DNA of 64,000 nt from the NCBI GenBank assembly GCA_900553035.1, contig USCC01000001.1:6157-70156 (forward strand), read 5' to 3'. Below are positions 39,891 through 49,490 of this stretch, in pieces (the first letter of the stretch is position 1; the number at the start of each line of letters is the position of its first letter). This DNA comes from an uncultured Rhodospirillaceae bacterium (lineage in GTDB: Bacteria > Pseudomonadota > Alphaproteobacteria > CAAGCB01 > CAG-977). The notes beneath the pieces were generated by a model. The model saw only the letters and a list, made by a program, of their open reading frames with translations, had not been told where the DNA came from and ran no database searches. The position numbers and the translations under genes are program-made.

Positions 39891-40887
39891 TTTAATTCAT
39901 GATTTTTTAAACACAAACGGCTGGGGCGATGCGGACAGAAAAATTCTGGCCGCCGACGCGTCTTTCCGGCGCTATGACCGCCTGACACGGGGCAATGAAA
40001 CGATGGTTTTCATGGACGCGCCGCCGCCGATGGAAGACGTCCGCCCGTTCGTCAAAGTCGCCTGCCATCTGGAAAAGCTTGGCTACAGCGCGCCGCATCT
40101 TTATGCCGTTGATGAAGAAAACGGCTTCCTCCTCCTGGAAGATTTCGGCGATGCGACATACACGCGTCTTTTGAAAAAGGGCGAAAACGAACACGACCTT
40201 TACGCTCTGGCGACGGATCTGCTGATCGATCTGCACCGGCAGGAGGAGAAAGCGGCCGTTCCGGAAAACCTTCCGCCGTATGACGGAGACGCCCTGATGC
40301 GCGAGGCGATGCTGTTTCCGGACTGGTTCATGCCTGCGGCATTCGGCGTACCGACGGACAAGGAAACGTCCGATGAATATGCTCTTTTGTGGGAGGATGT
40401 CTTTCCGCTGGCCCGAAACGTCCCTCAGACGATCGTCCTGCGCGACTACCATGTGGACAACCTGATGCGTCTGGAAGACCGCGCAGGCATCCGTGCCTGC
40501 GGCCTGCTTGATTTTCAGGATGCCCTGCACGGCCCCGTGACCTATGACATCATGTCCCTTCTGGAAGACGCGCGCCGTGACATTGCTCCGGATCTGTTTC
40601 ACATGATGCGGGAACGCTATATGACCGGAACCGAAATCCCCGACAGAGAAACCTTCCTGGCGTCCTGGGCCGTTCTGGCCGCCCAGCGCCACGCAAAAGT
40701 GCTGGGCATCTTCGTCCGGCTGTGCGTCCGCGATAAAAAGAATGTTTACCTCCGCCATCTGCCCCGTCTATGGCGTCTGATGGAACGGGCGCTGGAACAT
40801 CCATGCCTTGGAAAACTCAAAGTCTGGTTCGACAAACATATTCCGCCTGAAAAAAGGACGATTCCGCCATGCCTGTTGCAAAAATAA
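39874..40887 (+). CDS. amgK: aminoglycoside-phosphotransferase-fold kinase, AmgK-like (MurNAc/GlcNAc anomeric kinase)
   Basis: 337 aa. APH fold with DASFRRYDRL and LRDYHVDNLM...LLDFQDA. Conserved position between tsaE and murU. Confidence 0.75.
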   Translation: MPERIDLIHDFLNTNGWGDADRKILAADASFRRYDRLTRGNETMVFMDAPPPMEDVRPFVKVACHLEKLGYSAPHLYAVDEENGFLLLEDFGDATYTRLLKKGENEHDLYALATDLLIDLHRQEEKAAVPENLPPYDGDALMREAMLFPDWFMPAAFGVPTDKETSDEYALLWEDVFPLARNVPQTIVLRDYHVDNLMRLEDRAGIRACGLLDFQDALHGPVTYDIMSLLEDARRDIAPDLFHMMRERYMTGTEIPDRETFLASWAVLAAQRHAKVLGIFVRLCVRDKKNVYLRHLPRLWRLMERALEHPCLGKLKVWFDKHIPPEKRTIPPCLLQK

Positions 40888-41591
40888 CTCATGCCATGAT
40901 TCTGGCTGCCGGACGCGGCACCCGCATGAAACACCTGACGGACGCACGACCCAAACCGCTGATTCCCGTGGCGGGAAAGCCTCTGATTGACCATGTCCTT
41001 GACAAAGCTGTCCATGCGGGAGTTCGGGAATACACCGTCAACCTGTGTTATCTGGGCGAGAAAATCAAAGAACATCTTTTGAAAAAAAGCGGCCTGAACT
41101 TTCATTTTTCAGAAGAGGAAAATGCTTTGGAAACCGGCGGCGGCGTTAAAAAAGCCCTTCCTTTTCTGGGAGGCGGCTCCTTTTTCGTCCTGAATGCCGA
41201 CCCGCTGTGGACGGAACCGGGTCGGCCGGCTTTGGAACGGCTGAAGGAGGCGTGGAATCCTGAAACCATGGACGCACTGCTCCTTTTACAGCCCATGACA
41301 CGCGCGTTCGGCCATGACGGCATCGGCGATTATTTCATCCGGGATGACGGGACGCCGCGACGCAAGGAATCGCCCGGCATGCCCGCGCCCTATGTTTTTG
41401 CCGGCGCTCAGATTCTGCATCCCCGGCTGTTCAGGGAGGCTCCTGACGGGAAATTCCCGCTGATCCGCCTTTATGACCAGGCCGAAAAGGAAGGCCGGCT
41501 GGCCTGCGTCGTGCACGACGGCGACTGGTTCCATGTCGGGACTCCTGAAGCAACGGCGCTGGCGGAAGAAAAACTGGGAGGATGCCATTAA
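40869..41591 (+). CDS. murU: nucleotidyltransferase, MurU-like (MurNAc-1-P uridylyltransferase)
   Basis: 240 aa. AMILAAGRGTRMKHLTDARPKPLIPVAGKPLIDH and position after amgK. Confidence 0.78.
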   Translation: MPVAKITHAMILAAGRGTRMKHLTDARPKPLIPVAGKPLIDHVLDKAVHAGVREYTVNLCYLGEKIKEHLLKKSGLNFHFSEEENALETGGGVKKALPFLGGGSFFVLNADPLWTEPGRPALERLKEAWNPETMDALLLLQPMTRAFGHDGIGDYFIRDDGTPRRKESPGMPAPYVFAGAQILHPRLFREAPDGKFPLIRLYDQAEKEGRLACVVHDGDWFHVGTPEATALAEEKLGGCH

Positions 41592-44517
41592 AAATGTCTT
41601 CACCATCAGCCCGCGTCTTCCTTTTGCGGAAACCCTTGCCGCCGAACTGCTGAAACGCAATGACGGCAATCCGCTGGGTCTGGCGAACACCGTTGTTTTC
41701 CTGCCGACTCGACGCGCGGGAAAAACAGTGCGCGAGGCTTTTTTGCGCCAAAGCGGGGGAAAACCGCTTCTTTTGCCGCGTCTGATTCCGTTTGGCGGTT
41801 TTGACGGGGATACCGAAATTTCGCTTTCACTGACGGACGGCGGGGCGGATCTGCCGCCGCCGATGCCGCCGCTGCGCCGCAAACTGTTGCTCGCACGCCT
41901 GATTCAGTCAAAGCCGACTCCTCCGGGGATGGGACCTCTGACACCGGAAAAAGCGCTTCAGCTGGCCGACGCTCTGGCGGATTTTCTGGATCAGGCCTAT
42001 ATTGAGGAAGTCCCGCTTGACTGTTTTGAACACCTTGTCCCGGAGGAATTTGCCGCTCACTGGCAGGATGTCGTTGTTTTTTTAGAAACGGTCACCCGCT
42101 TCTGGCCGGAAATCCTGAAAGAGGAAGGTTTTATTGATGCCGCCGACCGGCAGGCGCGCCTGTTCCACGCACGCGCCCGGCTGTGGCGTGAAAATCCGCC
42201 GGATTATCCCGTTATTGCAGCGGGTTCGACCGGCTCCCAGCCTGCCGTGGCCGATTTTCTGGACGCCGTGGCCTCACTGCCTCGGGGCGAAGTCGTCCTT
42301 CCCGGACTGGATACGATTTCCGACGCCGAAAGCCTTGCACAGGCCGAACCGTCGCATCCCCAGTACAACATGCTGCGCCTGCTGGAACGGATGGGCGTTG
42401 AAAGAACAACGGTTCGACCGTTCGGCGGTTCTGCGGGGAACGACGAACGCGTCCGCCTGATTGCGGAAGCCATGCGACCCGCCGGAACGACGGAAGCATG
42501 GCGGACGATGAAGCCGTTCGGCGAAAACGCCCTTAAAGGCGTCATGCGTCTGGATTGCGACGGGGCACATGAAGAAGCTCTGGCAATTGCGCTTATCCTG
42601 CGCCAGACGCTGGAAACGCCCGGAAAAACGGCGGCCCTGGTAACGCCCGATCGAAATCTGGCTCGGCGTGTGATTGCGGAAATGAACCGATGGGGAATTA
42701 CTCTGGATGACTCGGCGGGTACGGTGCTGACCCAGACGACTCTGGGCATTTTCCTGTTTCTTCTGGCCGAAGCCGCGCTGAGCGGCTTGGCGCCGTACGA
42801 ACTGCTTGCCGTCCTGAAACATCCGCGGACGGCCGGAGGAATGGAACAGGGCGCTTTCCGAGCCCTTGTCCGGAAACTTGAACGAACCTGCCTGCGCGGA
42901 CGACGCCCCGGAGACGGCTTTGACGGACTGACACGCGCCGCAGACGGCCGTGAAGAGCTGGAGGCCTTTGTCCGGAACCTTCGCTCCCGGACGGAAGAAT
43001 TCGTTACTCTGATGCAAAGCACAGAAGCCCGTCCGCTCTCCGATTTTCTGGAAGCCCATCTGAAAGCGGCCGAATCGCTGGCCGACAGTGCGGATCGGAG
43101 CGGTGCTGAGCGCTTGTGGAACGGCGACGAGGGCGATGCCGCCGCCGCTTTTTTCAATGAACTGAAGCAGGAAGCGGGGCTTCTTGCGCCCCTCCGCCCG
43201 GCGGAATATGTTTCCGTCCTTCTTTCACTGGGCGGACGTGTCCCGGTGCGGCCGACGTACGGCACGCATCCCCGGCTGGACATTTTGGGAACGATTGAAG
43301 CGCGGCTGTTGCGGCCGGACGTCCTGATTCTGGGCGGCCTGAACGAAGGCACCTGGCCCGCGGCGCCGGCCGCCGATCCGTGGATGAGCCGCCCGATGCG
43401 CCGGGAATGCGGGTTGCCTTCACCGGAACGTAAAACAGGCCTTTCAGCCCACGATTTTGCCCAGGGATTCTGTGCGCCGAATGTCGTCCTGACCCGCGCC
43501 ATGAAAGAAGGCGGCACGCCGACAGTACCGTCGCGGTGGCTGATGCGTCTGGACGCTGTCCTGGCGGCTTCGGGAACGGGCTGGAAAAAAGAGCCACGAC
43601 AGGGATGGCCTGCCCTTCTTGACCGACCCGATGAATTCCGCTCGATTGCCCCGCCGGCGCCGACGCCGCCTTTGGACGCGCGGCCGCGCCGCCTTTCGGT
43701 GACGCAGGTCGAAACATGGATGCGCGACCCGTATTCCATTTACGCCCGCCACATCCTGAATTTAAAGCCGCTGGACGAGATTGACCAGGATCTGAATGTC
43801 GCCGATTTCGGCAGTCTGATGCATAAAATTCTGGAAGAATTCTGCCGCCGCCATCCCTCTTCCCTGCCGCCCGGCGCAGAGCAGGAAATTCTGGAGCTTG
43901 GGCGATCACTGATGGAAACGCTGAATTTTTCCGCCAAAGCCGCTGCATTTTGGCGGCCGCGCATGGAGCGGACACTCATCTGGTTCGTCGCTGAACAGAG
44001 GAAACGTATCGGAAATATCCGGGAAATTCTGTGCGAACAAAAAGGTTCCCTTGTCTTCCCGGCACGCGGCGGCGACTTCCGCCTGTTCGGATTCGCAGAC
44101 CGGATTGACCGGATGAAAGACGGCACCGTCGTGCTGATCGATTACAAAACCGGGACGCCCCCTCCCGAAAACAGCGTCAAGAACGGCTATTCGCCTCAGC
44201 TTCCTCTTGAAGCGGGAATGATTCTGCACGGCGGATTTGAAAACGTGAGGCCGGATACGGTCGCTGCCATGGAATACTGGCGGCTGCGCGGCAGAAACGA
44301 AGGCGGCGAAATCAAGACTCTTAAAGGAAACGCGGAAGAACGGGTCGGTTTCTACTTTAAAATCCTGTCGGAGCTGATTGATGCCTTTGACCGGCCGGAA
44401 ACGCCTTATCTGGCGACTCCGGATCCGAGCATCAGCCTGAAATACGCGGATTACGACCATCTCGCACGCCTGGCCGAGTGGGCCGCCGCCGATCCGGAAG
44501 ACCGAGGAGAAGAATAA
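41533..44517 (+). CDS. addB: double-strand break repair protein AddB (alphaproteobacterial type)
   Basis: Conserved N-terminus VFTISPRLPFAETLAAELL and a C-terminal PD-(D/E)xK nuclease ADRIDRMKDGTVVLIDYKTG. In-frame ATGs are at 41473 and 41533, and an ATT at 41587 has a much better ribosome-binding site (see finding). The start is uncertain. Confidence 0.85.
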   Translation: MSGLLKQRRWRKKNWEDAIKNVFTISPRLPFAETLAAELLKRNDGNPLGLANTVVFLPTRRAGKTVREAFLRQSGGKPLLLPRLIPFGGFDGDTEISLSLTDGGADLPPPMPPLRRKLLLARLIQSKPTPPGMGPLTPEKALQLADALADFLDQAYIEEVPLDCFEHLVPEEFAAHWQDVVVFLETVTRFWPEILKEEGFIDAADRQARLFHARARLWRENPPDYPVIAAGSTGSQPAVADFLDAVASLPRGEVVLPGLDTISDAESLAQAEPSHPQYNMLRLLERMGVERTTVRPFGGSAGNDERVRLIAEAMRPAGTTEAWRTMKPFGENALKGVMRLDCDGAHEEALAIALILRQTLETPGKTAALVTPDRNLARRVIAEMNRWGITLDDSAGTVLTQTTLGIFLFLLAEAALSGLAPYELLAVLKHPRTAGGMEQGAFRALVRKLERTCLRGRRPGDGFDGLTRAADGREELEAFVRNLRSRTEEFVTLMQSTEARPLSDFLEAHLKAAESLADSADRSGAERLWNGDEGDAAAAFFNELKQEAGLLAPLRPAEYVSVLLSLGGRVPVRPTYGTHPRLDILGTIEARLLRPDVLILGGLNEGTWPAAPAADPWMSRPMRRECGLPSPERKTGLSAHDFAQGFCAPNVVLTRAMKEGGTPTVPSRWLMRLDAVLAASGTGWKKEPRQGWPALLDRPDEFRSIAPPAPTPPLDARPRRLSVTQVETWMRDPYSIYARHILNLKPLDEIDQDLNVADFGSLMHKILEEFCRRHPSSLPPGAEQEILELGRSLMETLNFSAKAAAFWRPRMERTLIWFVAEQRKRIGNIREILCEQKGSLVFPARGGDFRLFGFADRIDRMKDGTVVLIDYKTGTPPPENSVKNGYSPQLPLEAGMILHGGFENVRPDTVAAMEYWRLRGRNEGGEIKTLKGNAEERVGFYFKILSELIDAFDRPETPYLATPDPSISLKYADYDHLARLAEWAAADPEDRGEE

Positions 44518-47500
44518 ATGGACGTTTCCAACCCCGATGAACTGCAGCGCCTGGCGGCTTTTCCGAAAGCCTCCGCGTGGGTCGCCGCGTCCGCTGGTTC
44601 GGGCAAGACCAAAGTCCTGTCCGACCGGGTGTTGAACCTTCTTCTGGACGGGACGCCTCCGGAAAAGATTCTCTGCCTGACCTTCACACGAACGGCGGCG
44701 GCGGAAATGGAAAACCGGATTGCCGGACGGCTGGCGGCATGGACAGCGCTGTCCGACGAACAGCTGGCGGCCGAGCTTCGCGCCCTTTCGGGAAAAGACC
44801 CCGAACCGGAAACCGCGGATCGGGCACGCCGTTTGTTTGCGGGTCTGCTGGATGCCCCCGGCGGCCTGAAGATCATGACAATTCACAGCTTCTGCCAATC
44901 TCTGCTGAAGCGTTTCCCGCTGGAAGCCGGCGTATCTCCGCAATTTGACGTTCTGGATGAACGCGGCGCACGCGACCTGATTGAGCAGGCGCAGGAAACC
45001 GTTCTCTCTCGGCCGGAATTCGACCCGGACATGGATATTGTCGCCGAACTGACCGATGAGGAAGGGTTCGGAAAAGCCATGTGTGACATGACGCTGTCGC
45101 TGGATCGTCTGGGGACGCTGAGTGCTCTGAGCGCCGAAGAATTGCGCCGGCGTTATGAAAAGGCTTTGGGTCTGCCCGAAGGAGCCACACGGGACTCGCT
45201 GGTTTCGGGTTTCTGTACACTGACGCCCGCACGGGAGGAAGAACTGAAAACCGCGGCCGTCCTGCTGGGGAAAGGTTCCGGAAAAACAGATTCGAAAAAC
45301 GCCGCCACCATCGCCCGTTTCCTGGCGCTTCCGCCTGAAGGCCGCGCGGAAATTCTGGACGACTACCTTTCCGTTTTCCTGAAATCCGACGACGTTATCC
45401 GGTCAGGACTGGCTCACAACGATACCAAAGAAGCGCTTCCCTACATGGAACGGGAAGCCGCGCGGGCTTTGGAAATAAATGAGCTTTTAAAATCAGAGCG
45501 CGTGCTCTGTTCCTCGCTGGCGCTTGTCCATATCGGCGTGGCCGTCATGAAGGAATATGCTGAGCTGAAGACCTTCCGTTCCGTTATGGACTATGACGAC
45601 CTGATTGCGGCGACGCGGCGTCTTTTGGAAAAATCCGGCGCGGCGGCGTGGGTTCTGTTCAAGCTGGACGGCGGCATTGACCACATCCTTGTCGACGAAG
45701 CACAGGATACGAGTCCGGCACAGTGGGCCGTTGTCCGGGCGCTGGCCGAAGAATTTTTCGCCGGAGAAGGCGCCCGCCCGCAAAACCGCACGCTGTTCGC
45801 CGTCGGTGACCGGAAACAGTCGATTTACAGCTTTCAGGGAGCCGACCCCGATGAATTTGAACGGATGCGCCGTCTGTTCCGCGATAAGGCACAGGGAGCC
45901 GGGAAAAAGTGGAATGACGTGCCGATGTACATTTCTTTCCGTTCGACACCCGCCGTCATTGACGCCGTTAACCATGTCCTGCGTTCCGAGAATGCCACCA
46001 AAGGCGTGCTTGAGGCCGGAGAAGACGGGACGCATTTGTCGTGGCGGCGCGCTGAAGCCGGGCTGGTCGAAATATGGCCGACGGAAAAAAGCGAAAAAAC
46101 AGATAAAAACAGGCCGTTCACCAAGCCCGTTGAACGCACGTTTTCGGAAAACGCGTCCACACGGCTGGCTAAAAAAATCGCACTGCGGATTCACCGTATG
46201 ATTCAGAACGGTGAGCGACTCGAGTCGCAGGATCGTCCGATCCGGCCGGGCGATATCCTCATTCTGGTCAGACGGCGGAACGCTTTCCTGGATGTCCTGT
46301 CCCGCGAACTGAAAGCACTCGGCATTCCGGTTTCCGGAGTCGACCGGCTGAAAATCGCTTCGCACATTGCGGTCATGGATCTGATGGTTCTGGGCGATTT
46401 TCTTCTGCTGCCCGAAGATGATCTGTCTTTGGCGACGGTTCTGCGTTCGCCGCTGTGCGGCCTGAGCGAAGAGGAGCTTTTCCGGTTGGCCCACGGCCGC
46501 GGCGAAAAGACTTTGTTTGCCCGCCTGAGCGAGGAATCACGGCACGGCGGGAGGTTTGCAGAGGCTTATGCCTTCCTGACGGACATGCTGAGCCGGGTTG
46601 ACGCGATGCGGACGTATGAACTGTATGCCTACGTCCTTGGCCCGAAAGGCGGGCGGAAAGCTTTTGTTTCCCGGCTGGGACTCCAGGCGCTGGACGCGTT
46701 GGACGAGTTTATGTCGCTGGCTTTGAATTATGACGTGTCAAATACGCCTTCTTTGCAGAATTTCCTGCGCTGGATCCGGCGGAACGATATCGAAATCAAG
46801 CGGGATTCGGATCAAAAAACGTTTGACGCTGTCCGGATGATGACCGTCCACGGGGCCAAAGGCCTGCAGGCGCCGATTATTTTCCTGCCCGATACGCGCC
46901 AGTATAAAAGCCATTCGCCGACGTACTTCTGGCTGGCGGAAAACGAAGAAGCCTCCGCCGCGTTGTGGGTGCCGCGGGCAGAAATGCGTGACAGCGCCGC
47001 AAAACGCGAGAAGGAACGCCGGGAAATAAAAGAAAAAGAAGAGTACAACCGTCTTTTATACGTGGCGATGACCCGAGCCGCCGACCGGCTGTACGTCTGC
47101 GGATGGGACAACAAAACGAACGCGCCGGACAACAACTGGTATGACCTGATTCGCGAAGCGCTCCCTTTTACCGAGGAAAACAAGGCCGAAGACCCTCTGT
47201 TTGACGAACCCGTGCTCCGTTTTGAATCGCGACAGGAAAAACCGGCGGCGAAAGAAAAACAGAATCGGACGGAAACCGTCTCTTCCGCCCTTCCGGAATG
47301 GGCGCTGAAGCCGCCGCCGCCCGAACCAACCCCTCCCCGTCCGCTCTTTCCTTCGCGACCCGAAACGCCGGAGCCCGCCGCCCTGTCTCCTTTGACCGAA
47401 AACCGGGAAAACGCTTTGCGGCGCGGGACGCTGATTCACGGGCTGCTGGAAATCCTGCCCGCTTACGCATTGGAAGAACGTGATGCCGTCACCCGGGCAT

Positions 47501-47889
47501 TCATGGAAAAGAACGGCGCGGGTCTGAGTGAGGAGGAAAAAAACAAAATTACGGAAGATGTCGGCCGGATTTTGAACAATCCGGCCTGCGCGCCGCTGTT
47601 TTCGGAAAATTCACTGGCCGAAATTCCCATCACCGGCCTTTTGGAAGGGCGGGTCGTCAGCGGCCGGATTGACCGGCTGGCCGTTTCGCCGGATGAAGTC
47701 CTGCTGGTCGATTACAAAAGCAACCGCGCCGTCCCGAAGTCGCCGCAAGACGTCCCCGAAGCCTACCGTCATCAGGCCGCCACGTACGCCGCCCTTCTGA
47801 AACGCATTTATCCCGACAGGAAAATCCGATGCTTTCTGTTGTGGACGGAGGAGGCTTTTCTGATGGAGCTCCCGTCTTTGGTTGATTAA
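44518..47889 (+). CDS. addA: double-strand break repair helicase AddA (UvrD-like helicase plus nuclease)
   Basis: 1123 aa. Walker A ASAGSGKTKVL, ILVDEAQDTSP, TVHGAKGLQAP and a C-terminal nuclease GRIDRLAV...LLVDYKSN. Confidence 0.93.
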   Translation: MDVSNPDELQRLAAFPKASAWVAASAGSGKTKVLSDRVLNLLLDGTPPEKILCLTFTRTAAAEMENRIAGRLAAWTALSDEQLAAELRALSGKDPEPETADRARRLFAGLLDAPGGLKIMTIHSFCQSLLKRFPLEAGVSPQFDVLDERGARDLIEQAQETVLSRPEFDPDMDIVAELTDEEGFGKAMCDMTLSLDRLGTLSALSAEELRRRYEKALGLPEGATRDSLVSGFCTLTPAREEELKTAAVLLGKGSGKTDSKNAATIARFLALPPEGRAEILDDYLSVFLKSDDVIRSGLAHNDTKEALPYMEREAARALEINELLKSERVLCSSLALVHIGVAVMKEYAELKTFRSVMDYDDLIAATRRLLEKSGAAAWVLFKLDGGIDHILVDEAQDTSPAQWAVVRALAEEFFAGEGARPQNRTLFAVGDRKQSIYSFQGADPDEFERMRRLFRDKAQGAGKKWNDVPMYISFRSTPAVIDAVNHVLRSENATKGVLEAGEDGTHLSWRRAEAGLVEIWPTEKSEKTDKNRPFTKPVERTFSENASTRLAKKIALRIHRMIQNGERLESQDRPIRPGDILILVRRRNAFLDVLSRELKALGIPVSGVDRLKIASHIAVMDLMVLGDFLLLPEDDLSLATVLRSPLCGLSEEELFRLAHGRGEKTLFARLSEESRHGGRFAEAYAFLTDMLSRVDAMRTYELYAYVLGPKGGRKAFVSRLGLQALDALDEFMSLALNYDVSNTPSLQNFLRWIRRNDIEIKRDSDQKTFDAVRMMTVHGAKGLQAPIIFLPDTRQYKSHSPTYFWLAENEEASAALWVPRAEMRDSAAKREKERREIKEKEEYNRLLYVAMTRAADRLYVCGWDNKTNAPDNNWYDLIREALPFTEENKAEDPLFDEPVLRFESRQEKPAAKEKQNRTETVSSALPEWALKPPPPEPTPPRPLFPSRPETPEPAALSPLTENRENALRRGTLIHGLLEILPAYALEERDAVTRAFMEKNGAGLSEEEKNKITEDVGRILNNPACAPLFSENSLAEIPITGLLEGRVVSGRIDRLAVSPDEVLLVDYKSNRAVPKSPQDVPEAYRHQAATYAALLKRIYPDRKIRCFLLWTEEAFLMELPSLVD

Positions 47890-47901
47890 ACCATAGATAT
47901 C

Positions 47902-47930
47902 TTGACCGCTCCGTCAAAGAATTTTAAAGT
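47902..47930 (+). promoter_or_regulatory. candidate trxA promoter
   Basis: TTGACC (47902-47907), a 17-nt spacer, then TAAAGT (47925-47930). Confidence 0.4.
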
Positions 47931-47963
47931 AAGCATAATCCGAAAACAGAAAGGAAAAATCAG

Positions 47964-48278
47964 ATGAAAGTCATCAAAGACAACGAGTTTGAAACCGAAG
48001 TCAAAAGTTCGTCCGTTCCCGTTCTGGTCGATTTCTTTGCCGAATGGTGCGGTCCGTGCCGCCAGCTGGGCCCCGTTCTGGAGGAAGTGTCCCGGGAAAT
48101 GGGCGACAAGCTGAAAATCGTCAAAATGAACATTGACGAATCCCCTGAAACGCCGACGAATTTCGGCGTCCGTGGTATTCCGACCATGATCATGTTTAAA
48201 AATGGTGAAGCCGTCGCGACCAAAGTCGGCTCCATGCCGAAATCAAAGCTGACGGAATGGATTCAAAGCCAGATCTGA
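47964..48278 (+). CDS. trxA: thioredoxin
   Basis: 104 aa. The active site WCGPC lies in VLVDFFAEWCGPCRQL. Confidence 0.96.
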   Translation: MKVIKDNEFETEVKSSSVPVLVDFFAEWCGPCRQLGPVLEEVSREMGDKLKIVKMNIDESPETPTNFGVRGIPTMIMFKNGEAVATKVGSMPKSKLTEWIQSQI

Positions 48279-48286
48279 GCGAACAG

Positions 48287-48316
48287 AAAACGGCGCCCGG
48301 TAAAGGCGCCGTTTTT
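48287..48316. terminator. bidirectional rho-independent terminator between trxA and the lipoprotein gene
   Basis: Stem AAAACGGCGCC / GGCGCCGTTTT with a 7-nt loop. Confidence 0.75.
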
Positions 48317-48336
48317 ATTCCGTTTTATTTTCCGTT

Positions 48337-48699
48337 TCAGCGGAGGCGGGAAGCCAGAGCCAGACAGGCGGCCGATTGTTTTTCCGCCGCACCGAAGGAA
48401 GGCGTCCCGATTTCCATATGGCGGACACGTGACGGGCGACCCTGCCCGCCATTCATATAAATGAACAGAACACATGACGGCTGGGAATAAACCCAGACTT
48501 CGGCCGGAGTCTCCAGCCGTTTGACCGTCGGTTCGCCCAGCACCGTCAGGATGCGGTCGGCGTTCAGAATGATTTTCTTTTTCGGAGATGCCGAAGCCGC
48601 CTGATCCCGGGAAGCCGGCTCTGCCACGACAGGCAGTTCGGCCGGAACCGGCGCGCAGGCCGTCAAAAATAAAAAAACACCGCAGATTAATTTCTTCAT
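48337..48699 (-). CDS. hypothetical lipoprotein
   Basis: 120 aa with a lipobox signal MKKLICGVFLFLTAC. I recognise no family. Confidence 0.6.
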   Translation of the reverse strand: MKKLICGVFLFLTACAPVPAELPVVAEPASRDQAASASPKKKIILNADRILTVLGEPTVKRLETPAEVWVYSQPSCVLFIYMNGGQGRPSRVRHMEIGTPSFGAAEKQSAACLALASRLR

Positions 48700-49382
48700 T
48701 TCTCAGGCTCCTGAGCTTGACGCGACAGAAACAGGTTACGCATGAATGCGACCGCGACAAGCGGTGAAATCATGTTTACCACAGGAACCGTCATTAAAAA
48801 AGCAATAATCACACCTGCCCGTCTCCAGTGGGCTTTATCTTTTTCAAACAGAGCCTTCGCTTCGGTGAAATTCAGGTAACGCGTTGCCACAGCGTAAAAA
48901 TATTCCTGCCCGAACAGGCGACCGTTCAAAAGATAGAACAGAGCCGTCGGGACAAGATTCAGCAACGGGACAAATCCCAGAAGCGTAATCAGAGGCATCA
49001 GCAACCCGGAAAGCGCGACTCCTTTCAAGGCGACGACTCCGGACATTTTCAGGCTTTCCGAAAGAGGAACGGTTCTCAGGTGCACCTTTCCGGCGCCGGC
49101 CGCCAGACGTTCAACGACGGCATCAATGAAAAAGCCGGCCACAAACGTCGCGGCGGCGGGAAACATGAACAAAGCCATCAGGAAAAACAGGAAATACCCC
49201 AGAACATTGATCAGACGGGACAGCCAGGGAATGTCCGTCATCTGCCACGCGCTTAAAAGTTCCGAAAAACCGAACAGAAGAACGCCGAAAATCAAAACCG
49301 TCAAAAAGACCGTTCCCCACAAAAGACCGCGTATATTTGATCGGAACACGTCCGAAAAAGCCTGCTTCAGTGCCTGAATCAT
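48696..49382 (-). CDS. EI24/CysZ-like (DUF540) integral membrane protein
   Basis: 228 aa from the ATG at 49382 (MIQALKQAFSDVFRSN...), with 4-5 TM segments in a CysZ-like layout. The listed ORF extension to 49802 is rejected. Confidence 0.65.
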   Translation of the reverse strand: MIQALKQAFSDVFRSNIRGLLWGTVFLTVLIFGVLLFGFSELLSAWQMTDIPWLSRLINVLGYFLFFLMALFMFPAAATFVAGFFIDAVVERLAAGAGKVHLRTVPLSESLKMSGVVALKGVALSGLLMPLITLLGFVPLLNLVPTALFYLLNGRLFGQEYFYAVATRYLNFTEAKALFEKDKAHWRRAGVIIAFLMTVPVVNMISPLVAVAFMRNLFLSRQAQEPEK

Positions 49383-49490
49383 TTCCGCCTCCGAAAAATA
49401 CCTCTTTTTTTTGTAACAGACTCTTGTATGAAATTTAACATTCTTTATACTGCATTTGCTTTTTATCCCAATCAGCGGAGTTTTTTTATC

